Below, piece by piece: positions 10,181 through 20,200 of a DNA stretch of 45,414 nucleotides; positions within the stretch are counted from its first letter, which is position 1, and each line of letters starts with the position of its first letter. The notes under the pieces were generated by a model. It did not search any database. It was given only the letters and a program-made list of their open reading frames with translations, and was not told the DNA's origin. The position numbers were made by a program, and so were the translations under genes. This DNA comes from a virus (taxonomy: Duplodnaviria; Caudoviricetes): the IMG/VR virus record IMGVR_UViG_3300037657_000018, positions 1 to 45,414 of that record; one strand, written 5' to 3'.

Positions 10181-10540
10181 ATGGCTGTTGGAGACATCAC
10201 CTACACGAACCCCGGTGGCGAGTTGGCCACCTCGGCGTTCGCCAGTGGCAAGCTGATCGTGGACGCCGACGCTGCCGCGAACATCATCTGCGGATTCCAG
10301 CCTACTCGGGTGGAGCTGCTCTTGGTGGACGCCGGTGCGACGGCGAACACGATGATGATCTGGAACAACGCGATGCCTGACGGGACCTACGCGCTCATCA
10401 GCGACGGCGGGGACTTGACGTTCCCGACCACGCTGGGCGTCACGGTCTACTCCGGCGCTTCCGGCGAGGGTTTCACCATCCCCGCCAACCAGACCGGCGC
10501 TGCTGACAGCGACGTGATCTACTGGACGGCGTGGCGCTAG
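10181..10540 (+). CDS. Probable capsid decoration/minor structural protein
   Basis: Directly after the capsid gene; beta-rich, CGFQP...YWTAWR pattern; GGAGG RBS in a hairpin. Confidence 0.65.
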   Translation: MAVGDITYTNPGGELATSAFASGKLIVDADAAANIICGFQPTRVELLLVDAGATANTMMIWNNAMPDGTYALISDGGDLTFPTTLGVTVYSGASGEGFTIPANQTGAADSDVIYWTAWR

Positions 10541-10551
10541 CCACGGCAACA

Positions 10552-10573
10552 GGGGGCCCCTGCGGGGGCCCCC
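10552..10573. terminator. GC-rich hairpin after the capsid/decoration genes (terminator or RNA-stability element)
   Basis: GGGGGCCCC-TGCG-GGGGCCCCC; no U-tract on the + strand. Confidence 0.4.
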
Positions 10574-10581
10574 ACAACACC

Positions 10582-10609
10582 CGCCTGACGAGGCGCAAAA
10601 CACGGGAGG
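10582..10609 (+). promoter_or_regulatory. Leader element: 5-bp stem, GACG loop, then AAAACACGG and RBS (copy 2)
   Basis: CGCCT-GACG-AGGCG-C-AAAACACGG-GAGG. Confidence 0.6.
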
Positions 10610-10614
10610 ACGAC

Positions 10615-11094
10615 ATGGCCAGAGACTTTGCGATCAAGGAAGAAGATGTGGTGGCGACGCGCGAGCGCGAGCTTCGTGAGGCGCTGAAGGCCGCCGAGGT
10701 GCAGAAGGCGGACGACCCGTCCAACGCCGAGCTGTTCAACTTCACGCCCGGACAGCCGTTGCCTCCTGGGTTCGTGAACCCCGAGGGCGGCACCGACGAG
10801 CACAAGTGCGTCGATAACAACGGGCTGTACCAGCCGACGTGGACGCAGCTCTTTCTGGAGCGGATCGTCGATCACCAGCAGGACCCGCAACCTCTGGCGT
10901 GCCTGCCCAAGTACACAGTGCCGCTTGAGCGCTGGGTGGACGTGCCGCCGTCCGTGATGGAGGCACTGAAGTCCGCGATCGAGACGCACCACGAGCACAA
11001 CGCCAAGCCGGGTGACATCGACCTTGGCGTCAAGACGGTCCACGTCACTCGGGACCGGCGCCGGTTCCACTGGCTGCACATGAAGAGCGCCTAG
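10615..11094 (+). CDS. Hypothetical protein in the head-tail region
   Basis: ATG 10615 after GGAGGA; coding-like codon use. Confidence 0.75.
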   Translation: MARDFAIKEEDVVATRERELREALKAAEVQKADDPSNAELFNFTPGQPLPPGFVNPEGGTDEHKCVDNNGLYQPTWTQLFLERIVDHQQDPQPLACLPKYTVPLERWVDVPPSVMEALKSAIETHHEHNAKPGDIDLGVKTVHVTRDRRRFHWLHMKSA

Positions 11095-11103
11095 GAGGGC
11101 AAC

Positions 11104-12015
11104 ATGAGAAAGTTCCTGCCGTTGCTTCTCGTCGCGTTGATGGCCACCTCCGCCATGGCCAGCACTGCGTACATCTACCAGAACGCCGTGACGACGCTTC
11201 GTGGTGACGTTGTCGGTGGTGCTTCTGTCGGTGTGTACTTCGCCGGGACTACGACCAAGGCGACCATCTACTCCGACATGTACACGGAGACCCAGAAGCA
11301 GAATCCGACGCACACGGACGGCTACGGCAGGTTCTTTTTCTACGCCAATCCTGGGCTGTACGACCTCGTAATCAGCGGGCCCAACATCACGACGTACACC
11401 ATGCACGACGTTCGCATCGCGCGGGCTGACTGGACCGGAAGCGAAGCTCTTGAAAGTGGCGCATGGACTCGCTTGCCAATGGTGTCTGGACTGTCTGGCA
11501 AGGGCGCTTCGGCCGCACCGACGGAAGCGACGTGGAAGGGCGTTCACAAGGTGTGGGAGTTCGGCGAGGGCGGAGGTGAGTATCTGTACTGCTCTGTCGC
11601 TTTCCCGTCGTCATACATGAGAGACAGCCCTGCCATTCCCGTGTTCAGGTTCGTTAACGAGGACACGATCTTCGACGGAGATGTCGTGTCGTTCAGGACG
11701 AATTACGTCATCTGTAACACAAGGGAAGTGGCGCAGGACACGGTCAGCGCCATTTCAAAGCTGACCAACAATGCGGCGCTTCGTGCCACGCTGTCTTCGC
11801 CGCTGAAGCACTTCGCAAGGATCAAGCCGGGGTGCGTGCTGTACGCCGTTCTTGACTCGATCCCGTCACTGGACCTGACTGACCATACCATTGTTTCTGT
11901 CCGCATTGACCGCGTGGCCAACGGGGACCACGCGGGAGACATCTACCTTCTCGGGGCAGATATGGCCGTCAAGGTAGACAGGCTTGGCGTTCAGAGCGTC
12001 GGCGAACTCCACTAG
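11104..12015 (+). CDS. Signal-peptide protein with a tailspike-type N-terminal attachment domain
   Basis: MRKFLPLLLVALMATSAMA (AxA cleavage site), then ATIYSD...NPTHTDGYGRFFFYANPGLYDLVISG, typical of tailspike/fibre anchor domains. Confidence 0.75.
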   Translation: MRKFLPLLLVALMATSAMASTAYIYQNAVTTLRGDVVGGASVGVYFAGTTTKATIYSDMYTETQKQNPTHTDGYGRFFFYANPGLYDLVISGPNITTYTMHDVRIARADWTGSEALESGAWTRLPMVSGLSGKGASAAPTEATWKGVHKVWEFGEGGGEYLYCSVAFPSSYMRDSPAIPVFRFVNEDTIFDGDVVSFRTNYVICNTREVAQDTVSAISKLTNNAALRATLSSPLKHFARIKPGCVLYAVLDSIPSLDLTDHTIVSVRIDRVANGDHAGDIYLLGADMAVKVDRLGVQSVGELH

Positions 12016-12030
12016 GGAAGGCTGGTCCAA

Positions 12031-12786
12031 ATGATTATCGTCGAATCTGGATCTGGGCCGCGCTCGTTTCTTGAGGCCGTGCGCAGGATCGTGACGATCA
12101 ACGGCGAGTCCGACATCGCTACGCTGCTGGCCCCGACGAACAGGGTCAAGACGGCCATGCGCGCCGTCGAGGACGCAAGGGACGACATCTTTTACGAGAC
12201 CCTGTGGGAGTTCAGGCGCGCGTTCTACAAGATCACGTTTGTCGAAAAGCAGGTGTGGTACGAAGCGCCGGTTGGCCAGCACAAGGCCGGTCAGTTCCTG
12301 TCGCTGAACGACCCGAACAAGAAGATCCCGTTCGTCAACTACGACGACTTCATCGGCAGGTTCCCAGACCTCCGCTCGTTCCCTCCTGGGGCCGGTGTCG
12401 GCGACATGACAACCGTTCTTGAGTTTCTCGCCCAAGAGCACGCATACGGCCCGCCCGAGTGCTATACGGCGTGGGGTGGGTACATCGGCGTCATGCCAGC
12501 GCCGGACGCCGAGTTCATCGAGAGCTACCCGAGCGCCATCACGACGATGTGGTCGCACGCCACGGCCCTGCAGTCGGAGCAGGACGACATCGGCCTGCCT
12601 CGCGAGCTGTGGACGGCCCACCATCTGCTCGCGATGGCCTACTACAAGAAGGCGCTGGAGTACCCTGACTGGTCAACCGACAGGGACGAGGCGTGGCGGC
12701 TGCTCCACAAGCGCGCGGCGTCGAAGCGCGAGCAGCAGGACGCGAACGTGTACCACAACACCGGCGGCATTGACTACAACGAGTAG
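12031..12786 (+). CDS. Tail adaptor (tail tubular protein A-like)
   Basis: Position, size, and WEFRR / PAPD motifs typical of podovirus adaptors. Confidence 0.7.
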   Translation: MIIVESGSGPRSFLEAVRRIVTINGESDIATLLAPTNRVKTAMRAVEDARDDIFYETLWEFRRAFYKITFVEKQVWYEAPVGQHKAGQFLSLNDPNKKIPFVNYDDFIGRFPDLRSFPPGAGVGDMTTVLEFLAQEHAYGPPECYTAWGGYIGVMPAPDAEFIESYPSAITTMWSHATALQSEQDDIGLPRELWTAHHLLAMAYYKKALEYPDWSTDRDEAWRLLHKRAASKREQQDANVYHNTGGIDYNE

Positions 12787-12795
12787 GCGGTTGGC

Positions 12796-14475
12796 ATGAC
12801 CTACGATCTCAGGCCGGAGCAGGCACCGATCAACCAGTTCGGCGGGCTCAACACGATGGTGTCCGAGGTCGCCCTCGGGCCCGGCCAGAGCCCGAGCATG
12901 GTCAACGTGGACCTGCATGTGTCTGGCTCGGTCCTCAAGCGGTACGGCATGGTGTCGCTGACGATGCCCGTGGGCGTGACCAGCTTCGTGGCCCTCATGC
13001 GCCTGAACCAGCCGGAGGACGGGACGGGGTGGATTTACGCCATCTCGTCTGATGGAAAGCTGTACAGGACGCCGGACCCAGGGACGTGGGGATGGGAGGC
13101 CGTTGACACCACCCCCGCTCTGGAGTTCCCAGACCAGAAGGTCTACGGATGGGCTCAGTCGAGATTCCGCGACGACGCGACGCCGACCGAGTACCCGTCC
13201 GCCCTGTACATCCCAAGGTCGGATGGCGCCCCCGTCATTGTTGTCGGAGCCGCCGACGCCGCCGACGACATTCTGGAGATGCCAGCCGGGGCGTATGGTG
13301 ACGGGTCAGCCGGAAGCGGTACGCCGGGCTACCCGGACACATGGGTCGAGGGCCACTGGCCGCAGTTCATGCGCGTGGTCGGCCTGGGTCGCGGCGCCCG
13401 CATGTGGGCATGGGGGTTTGCCGACGACAAGAACAAGGCGTACTACTCGTGCGTCGATGAGCCGCACAACTTCCTGAACTTCAACGTCGATGATCCTGGC
13501 GCGGCCGACCAGCCATACATCGACGGCGGAGCGATTTATGCCCGGCGCGGCGACGGAGATCGCATCGTGTCGATCGTGGACATGTTCTCGTACACGGTGA
13601 TCTTCAAGTCGCGCGTGACGTTGCTGTACACTGGCGACCCTGGCACCGACGACTGGACGCTGCGGGCCGAGATCCCCGTGGGTTGCGTCAATGACCGCGC
13701 GTGGGTCAAGGCCGGAAACGAGCTGTACTTCTGGTCGCCCAAGGGGCTGCGTGCGCTGTCGGCCGTGCAGGAGTACGGCGACCTGCAGCAGTCCAACCTT
13801 TCGTGGCCGATTTCCAATCTCGTCAACGAGATCGCACCGGGAGAGCACGACCGCATCCGGTGCTACCACGACGTGACGTCCATGAAGACCGTCTGGTTCG
13901 CGCCAGTTGGAGCCACGGCCCACAACGACCAGGCGTTCGTCCACTTCTACGCCAACCAGTCGTGGTCGAGGTACAGCGGGAACTTCTGCAAGATGAACGA
14001 CATCCTTGTCGTTGAGCCCACGGAAAACGAGAACGAGAAGATTCTCGGCGCTCCGTATGGGCTCGGCGTCGTCCGCGCGCAGGCTGGCTACGCAGACATC
14101 GACCAGAACGTCAGCGCCGAGTACATCACGAACTGGCACAACTTCGGGCCGGTGCAGGACTCGTCGCGGATGCTGTGGATCGACGCATGGTTCGGCAACG
14201 GCGGCACTGCGGCCACGCTGGCGTTCCAGTTCGACCTCAAGTCCACATGGGAGATCGTGCAGCGCATCACCAGCTCGTTCGGAAGCTCTGGCACGGTGTG
14301 GCGGCAGTTCAAGTGGGGACAGGCCAAGTGGGGCGTTCGCTCGCGCGCGCACCGCAGGTTTGAGGCTGGCGGCCTGTTCAACATGATCCGGTTCAAGTTC
14401 TACGCAAGCAGCAAAACGTCGTTTGAAATCATGGGCTACAGGCCCGAGGTCAGAATGAGGGGACCGCGCGCATGA
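12796..14475 (+). CDS. Tail nozzle / DNA-stabilisation protein (tubular B or P22 gp10-like)
   Basis: FGGLN start, NVD...G.VLKRYG, VGCVN, LYFWS.KG; beta-propeller-like pattern. Confidence 0.8.
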   Translation: MTYDLRPEQAPINQFGGLNTMVSEVALGPGQSPSMVNVDLHVSGSVLKRYGMVSLTMPVGVTSFVALMRLNQPEDGTGWIYAISSDGKLYRTPDPGTWGWEAVDTTPALEFPDQKVYGWAQSRFRDDATPTEYPSALYIPRSDGAPVIVVGAADAADDILEMPAGAYGDGSAGSGTPGYPDTWVEGHWPQFMRVVGLGRGARMWAWGFADDKNKAYYSCVDEPHNFLNFNVDDPGAADQPYIDGGAIYARRGDGDRIVSIVDMFSYTVIFKSRVTLLYTGDPGTDDWTLRAEIPVGCVNDRAWVKAGNELYFWSPKGLRALSAVQEYGDLQQSNLSWPISNLVNEIAPGEHDRIRCYHDVTSMKTVWFAPVGATAHNDQAFVHFYANQSWSRYSGNFCKMNDILVVEPTENENEKILGAPYGLGVVRAQAGYADIDQNVSAEYITNWHNFGPVQDSSRMLWIDAWFGNGGTAATLAFQFDLKSTWEIVQRITSSFGSSGTVWRQFKWGQAKWGVRSRAHRRFEAGGLFNMIRFKFYASSKTSFEIMGYRPEVRMRGPRA

Positions 14476-15002
14476 AGTGGGTAGCCGTTCCTGTGGCGAC
14501 TGAAAACGTCACGCCAGAGTTCCTGTTCAAGCTGGCGAAGCGGCACAAGCTGCTGCCGGAGAACCTTGCTCTCGCAGTCGAGAACTACCGTCATCTCAGC
14601 GGCACATGCGCCGTGATCGAGATCATCGACGAGGAGTCGAAGGACATCATCGCCGACGTGATCGTATCTGGCGTGATCGACGGAGAGAGCGGGTGGGTTG
14701 ACATGGTTCCGGTGCCGAAGTTCTTCGCACCGCTGAATCGGGACGGGAGCCGCAACGAGGACCCGTACCTGGCTCGCTTCAGGGAGGCGCTGCGACCGTT
14801 GCTCGTGCGCCTGATCGAGAAGCGCGGCCTGCGCAGGCTTGACTGCGAAATCCCGGCTTCTCGTCGGCGCACGGTGAAGGCCATGAAGGCGTGCGGGTTC
14901 GTAGAGGAAGGCGTCAAGAAGTACGCCATCAAACTTCGGGACATGGAACCGGATGACCTTGTGATCCTCGGGATGTACCCAGAGAAGGGCGGTGCGGAAT
15001 GA
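14472..15002 (+). CDS. GNAT-fold acetyltransferase-like protein
   Basis: CGFVEEGVKK...DLVILGM; usual position before ejection proteins. Confidence 0.7.
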   Translation: MKWVAVPVATENVTPEFLFKLAKRHKLLPENLALAVENYRHLSGTCAVIEIIDEESKDIIADVIVSGVIDGESGWVDMVPVPKFFAPLNRDGSRNEDPYLARFREALRPLLVRLIEKRGLRRLDCEIPASRRRTVKAMKACGFVEEGVKKYAIKLRDMEPDDLVILGMYPEKGGAE

Positions 15003-15733
15003 GCTTCCTCGGAGGGCTTGGTCGCGCAGTAGTTGGCGGAATTACCGGCCTCGCGCAGGGTGGCCCGCTTGGCGCCGCTGTTGGTGTTCTCGGCGGAGCC
15101 TTTGGCGGAGGCGACAAAGAGAAGAGGCAGAGCAGCTCTACGTCCTCGACTTCGACCTCGACGACGAAGCTGCGCCCGTGGGAGGCCGGGGAACAGGCGA
15201 TGGTGAACAACGCCATGGGCTCCATTGCGGCCAACCAGCCGATGACTGCCGCCGATGCGAGCGCCCAGCGCGACCGCATCTACTCGTCGCTCTTCGACCC
15301 CGCCGCCAAGGCGCTGAATGAGTCTGCCGCCACATCTCAGGCGCAGCTGTACTCGTCGGCGGCTCGGCGCGGGGCCGCAGACAACACCGCCACGAGAAGC
15401 GAACAGCTGAAGATCGAGGCCCGCAAGGGCAGCGCGCTGGCTGACGTATCGTCGAGCGCATCTCTGAAAGCCGAGGATGTCTACCTGCAGGAAGAGCAGA
15501 ACAGGCGCAACAACATCCTCACGTCGATCCAGGAACTTGGTCAGGCGTGGAACCAGCGCCTGCAGGGATCGACGATCGTGCAGACTGGCGGCCAGTCTGG
15601 GACGGCGACATCGACGACGCCTAACAACTTCTTCTCGTCTGCGGCGGCTGGCATCGGGTCCGCCGTGACCGACAAGAACTCGTACTTCAACAAGGTTGGC
15701 TTCCTGGGCATGGGCGGCCCAAAGAAAGTCTAA
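14999..15733 (+). CDS. Internal virion/DNA ejection (pilot-like) protein
   Basis: Gly/Ala-rich hydrophobic N-terminus, Ser/Thr run, helical Ala/Gln body. Confidence 0.7.
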   Translation: MSFLGGLGRAVVGGITGLAQGGPLGAAVGVLGGAFGGGDKEKRQSSSTSSTSTSTTKLRPWEAGEQAMVNNAMGSIAANQPMTAADASAQRDRIYSSLFDPAAKALNESAATSQAQLYSSAARRGAADNTATRSEQLKIEARKGSALADVSSSASLKAEDVYLQEEQNRRNNILTSIQELGQAWNQRLQGSTIVQTGGQSGTATSTTPNNFFSSAAAGIGSAVTDKNSYFNKVGFLGMGGPKKV

Positions 15734-15744
15734 GGAGGCGCGAC

Positions 15745-17259
15745 ATGGCTGACGAAGACATCATCGGTGCGTTGAACGCTGGCTTTGCCAACGGACGCAG
15801 GCTGTCGCGCCAAGCCGACAAGGACCAGCGCGAGGCCGAGAAGTACGAGCTGTACAAGAAGAAGACCGTCGCCGACATGAACGACAAGGCGCTCAATTCG
15901 AGCCGCCTGATGAATGAAGCGATGGCGACCGAGTGGGCGAAGATCGAGGCGTTCACGTCGCGCAAGGAGTGGGACCCGGCCGCCGACGCGGACGAGGCCC
16001 TGCGCATGTCGATGGACTTCGACAGGACGTGGGGGCCACATCGTCAGGGCCGCGAGCCCGCGATGGACTACTTCACCAAGGCGCTGAACCTGACGGCCAC
16101 GGAAGACCCGAGGGCGGTCGGGCCGACGCGCACCGGCAAGGCTATGGGCCAGACGAAGCAGGGCCCAGGCGAGTGGGAGCAGCCCGCCAACCCGATGGCC
16201 GGGTATCGCAACCCGGAGCAGATCCTGTACGGGCAGGAGCGCTCGCAGAAGCTGACGATGATTCAGGCCGCCCCGCAGCTTCAGGCGATGCTGCTGGAGA
16301 CTCTCGACCAGGTGGCCTTCAACCCATCGACCGGCATGTACGACCCGAACAGGTCGCAGATCGCCGTCATGCGCTTTCAGGCGCGCGTGGCGGCCGAGCT
16401 GGGGCTCAACATGCCCGAGACCATGCCGATCATCCAGAACGTGCTGGACAACATCACGGGCGTCTACGACCGGATCAGGCAGGGGTCGCTCGACCAGAAG
16501 GCCCTTGAGGACGACCGGATGGCCAACTCGCAGGACATGGCCAACTGGGTGCGCGCGCAGTTCACGGACTCTGCCCCCGGCGAAGTGGTCCGCATGATCG
16601 AGGGCAGCGAGGCGATCGCCAACCAGGTGGGCGAGTGGGGCCAGCGCCTCGTCAACGCCGGGTGGAACCCGGCCATGGCCAAGAGCTGGCTCTACAAGAT
16701 GTTCCTGAACAGCGACGGGACGTGGGGCGCGAAGGACGTGAGCGGCCAGCTCTCGGCCGGCAAGGCGCCTGTGTTCGCGCAGAACCTCGCCAAGGCCCCG
16801 ATCGAGTTCTTTGAGGTGGCGCAGGTCCAGTACATGAACAACCCGGAGCTGGCCCTGTCTGGCTGGGAACCCATCTACAGCGACAAGGAGAAGCAGGGCG
16901 GCCTGCGCAACATCGGCACCGGCGAGTACCTCCACCTGTGGCCGCAGGAGAACGCGAAACCTGTGGAGCGCACGCAGGGAAATCCGTATGCTTTGCCGGG
17001 CACCGTTCGTGGCCCCGGCTTCGCCCCGGCCCCGGCCGCCACCGGCCAGTCGGCCCCGGCGAAGGTGGACACGTCCTCTGCCGCCCCGAAGCCTGGTGTC
17101 GCCGAGAAGCTGTCCGGCTCGACGGTTGACCCCGAGGCCGATGCCCGCGACAGGCTAACGCAGACGATCTCCGCTACCTCCGATAAGCTCGGGCGCGGCG
17201 TTCTGGAGGTTGGCAAGCGGGCGCTGTGGAGCATCCCGACTGACCGAAAGGACCGCTAA
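15745..17259 (+). CDS. Probable internal virion/ejection protein
   Basis: 504 aa, helical; AAGGAGG RBS; between the pilot and the giant protein. Confidence 0.7.
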   Translation: MADEDIIGALNAGFANGRRLSRQADKDQREAEKYELYKKKTVADMNDKALNSSRLMNEAMATEWAKIEAFTSRKEWDPAADADEALRMSMDFDRTWGPHRQGREPAMDYFTKALNLTATEDPRAVGPTRTGKAMGQTKQGPGEWEQPANPMAGYRNPEQILYGQERSQKLTMIQAAPQLQAMLLETLDQVAFNPSTGMYDPNRSQIAVMRFQARVAAELGLNMPETMPIIQNVLDNITGVYDRIRQGSLDQKALEDDRMANSQDMANWVRAQFTDSAPGEVVRMIEGSEAIANQVGEWGQRLVNAGWNPAMAKSWLYKMFLNSDGTWGAKDVSGQLSAGKAPVFAQNLAKAPIEFFEVAQVQYMNNPELALSGWEPIYSDKEKQGGLRNIGTGEYLHLWPQENAKPVERTQGNPYALPGTVRGPGFAPAPAATGQSAPAKVDTSSAAPKPGVAEKLSGSTVDPEADARDRLTQTISATSDKLGRGVLEVGKRALWSIPTDRKDR

Positions 17260-20200
17260 TGCCAAGCAATCTCAACCCCACCCCCGCGTGGGTGTTCTCG
17301 GAAGAGATGCTGGCCCCCAAGAGCAGCACGCCTGTGCCGCTGCTTCCTGTAGCGGCCGATAAGGAAACGCCTCAGCTCGCAGTGGGGGCAACTGTAGACA
17401 TCAATGCGGCCCCCGACTGGGTGCGCGAGATGTCGCCTGTCGCCCACATGGCGGTCGGCATGCCGGACGCCCGGCTGGCGATGTTCCCAGACGAGGACGC
17501 CGGTGACGGCGACGACCGGGACGGCCGCCTCCTGCGCGGCGTCAAGGGCATCGCCCTGGGCGTGTCGTCCATGGCCCCGTCTACGCTCACGCTGCTCGGT
17601 GGCGTGATGCAGAAGTTCAACTTCGACAGCGGGCAGGACGTGGCCGAGGCCGGGCTGCAGCTTCAGGCCGTGCTGGAAGACAACCTGGCCGCAGAAAACC
17701 CCACCTTCTACGACCACTTCTGGCAGGGATTCGGCAGCATGCTGTCGTTCATCGTCCCCGGCTTCGGGGCGGTCGGGGCGGCCGGAAAGGTCGCTCTTGG
17801 GGTTGGCCGTCTGGCCAAGCTGTCGAAGGTCGTCAACGGCGCGAGCGAGCTGACGAAGGCTGGCCGGGTGTTCAAGGTGCTGGCTGGCGACGCGGCCATG
17901 TCGATTCTGGAGTCCGGCGTCGAGCAGGCGCAGCGCCAGCAGGAGCTGATGGGTCAGGGCATGACCGCCGAGGACGCCCTGAAGGCCAGCGAGGGCGTGT
18001 TCTGGAAGAACCTGCCGGTGCTGCTGGGCACCAACGCCGCGACCTACTTCACCCCGGCCGGGTTCGTCGCGCGCACGCTGATCGGCGGCACGAGCGAGGG
18101 CCTGCAGGAGCGCTACCAGAGCGTGGTGCAGGACGTGGCCTCCGGCAAGGGCCAGTGGTCGGACTTCTTCAACACCGACAAGTACCGGACGGAGACCGCC
18201 GTTGGTGCGCTGCTTGGCCTGATGGGCGGCGCGCTCCCGGCCGGCGACAAGTTCGGCCCCGACTCCGAGAAGGCCCCCGCCCCGGCGGCCCCGGCCGCCA
18301 CCCCGAGCGCGGGGGGCCCGGCTCCAGCCACGCCCGGCGCCGCCCCGGCCGCCACGGCCCCGGCAATGCCCCCTGGTGCCCCCGTGGGCAAGCCGAACGA
18401 CCGACCCACGGCACAGGGCTACGACGACTTCACCGACGAGGACGAGGGCGCACAGGAGCCCACAGGAGCCGCCGGCCCCGTCGAGCCGGTGCAGCAGGCC
18501 AGCCTGTTCGACGCCGGGCCGATCCAGCCCGAGCAGGTCGAGCAGGCCGTCGCCGAGTTTCAGGCCGGGCTGTCCGAGACGCTGGGCGTTCAGGTCAACG
18601 AGGCGACCCTGTTGGACGAGCCGTCGAGGACGCGCCTCAGGGGCTCCCTGCAGGCCGCCCTTGAGGCCGAGCGGGCGGGCAAGCACACGGAGGCCACCCG
18701 TCATCTGAACGCCGCCTCGGCGATCCTGGGCCGCGCTGCGGTCATGCAGGACGCGGGCAACTGGTTCGGGCGGATCGCCCAGCGCCTGTCCGACGAAACC
18801 GGACTCGACATCTCCCCCGACGAGGTCGCCGCGACGTTCGCCGACCGGGCGTCCGACGTGGCTGCGGCCATCCACGGCGCGCGGCAGCAGGCGGCCGGGA
18901 TGGACCCGGCGGCCGGCGCGCAGTCGTATGAGGGAGAACTCGCACGGGTTTTCATTAAGGCCCGCAAGTCCATGCGCGACACCGTGATCGGGCCCAAGAC
19001 GGAAACCGCCTTGGAGGAAATCGCGCGCTCGGTGTCCGAGGAGCTGGGCGTCCAGGTGTCCGGGTCCGACCTGTTCTCGGCGCTGGGGCCGAAGGACAAG
19101 GTCAAGGCGATCAAACTGATGAGGGAGAACCCGAAGCGCGCGGCCGAGTTCATCAAGAGCAAATTGTTCCACGGGGAACAAACGGCTAACCAAGAGGGCC
19201 AGAACGAGTTGCCGGTTCCTGAGCTTCCGGTGGCCGAGGCGCCGGTGCAGGAACCGGCTCCGGCTGCACCGGAGGAACCGGCCGCACCCGAGGAGGCTGT
19301 CCCGGCGACAAACGAGGAGCAGCTCCGCGAGGAGGCCCAGCGCGGGGTGTACGAAGAGCATCTGCGCGGGGTGAGCGATGACGACGTGTCGGCGTTCGAG
19401 ATGGTCGCCGACTCCATGGACTACGAGGTGGACGGGCAGTTGTTCGTGCCTACCGACCTGACTCAGGAGCAGATCACCGAGATCGCGGCCGAGGTTGGCC
19501 GGATCAACGAGATCACGAGCAGGAAGGCCGGGGAGCGCGCGGCAGAGGCCCTGCGCGAGCGCATCCGCAACATCGTGCGCACCAGCAGGGAGAGCCGGAG
19601 CCAAGGTCCCGCCAGCGCGGTGCCCGCCGCGCCGTCGCCGGGGCCGTCAAACCAGCAGCCCGTTGCGGAGCCCGAGGGCACCCCGGACTTGACTGGCGAG
19701 ACGGCCCCGGCCCCCCAGGATGAACTGTTCCCGAGCGATGCCCCGCAGGGTATGAAGGACGAAATCGTACAGGCCGAAGCCCCGAAGCGCAAGCGCGGCC
19801 GCCCGGCGAAGAAGGAGGCGCGCTCCCTCGACCAGCAGATTGAGGACCAGCAGGCGGTGGTGAAGTACTACCGCAACATCGTACAGAATTCGCGTAATGT
19901 CCGTCAGGCCACGCGGCGCAAGTACGCCGAGGCCCAGCAGAAGCTGGACGACCTGCTGCGCCAGCGCGGCGACGTGGCCCCGGCCGACGCCACGCAGGAG
20001 ATGCAGGAGGCGATCGCGCCCCCGGCCGCGCCAGCCGCCGCCCCGGCTCCGGCCGCCGGCCGCATGGACGACCGGGCTCCCGGCGTGTACGAGAAGAACG
20101 GCGCCACCGAGGTCGTGATCGACCTGTCGCAGGAGGAGTGGTACGAGCCCGATAGGCAGCGCCCTGCGGCCGAGCTGAAGGATGATCGGGCCCGCGCTGA

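Noticed and set aside
10582-10600. CTGACGAG as a hammerhead ribozyme core (also CTGATGA near 42249)
   Set aside because: No stem II-GAAA-stem III arrangement; both are simple hairpins.
17256-19604. Long antisense ORFs (782 aa here; also 4790-5959, 6934-8208, 13306-14352, 24000-25208, 31263-32462)
   Set aside because: Shadow frames of GC3-biased sense genes, with no motifs or RBS.
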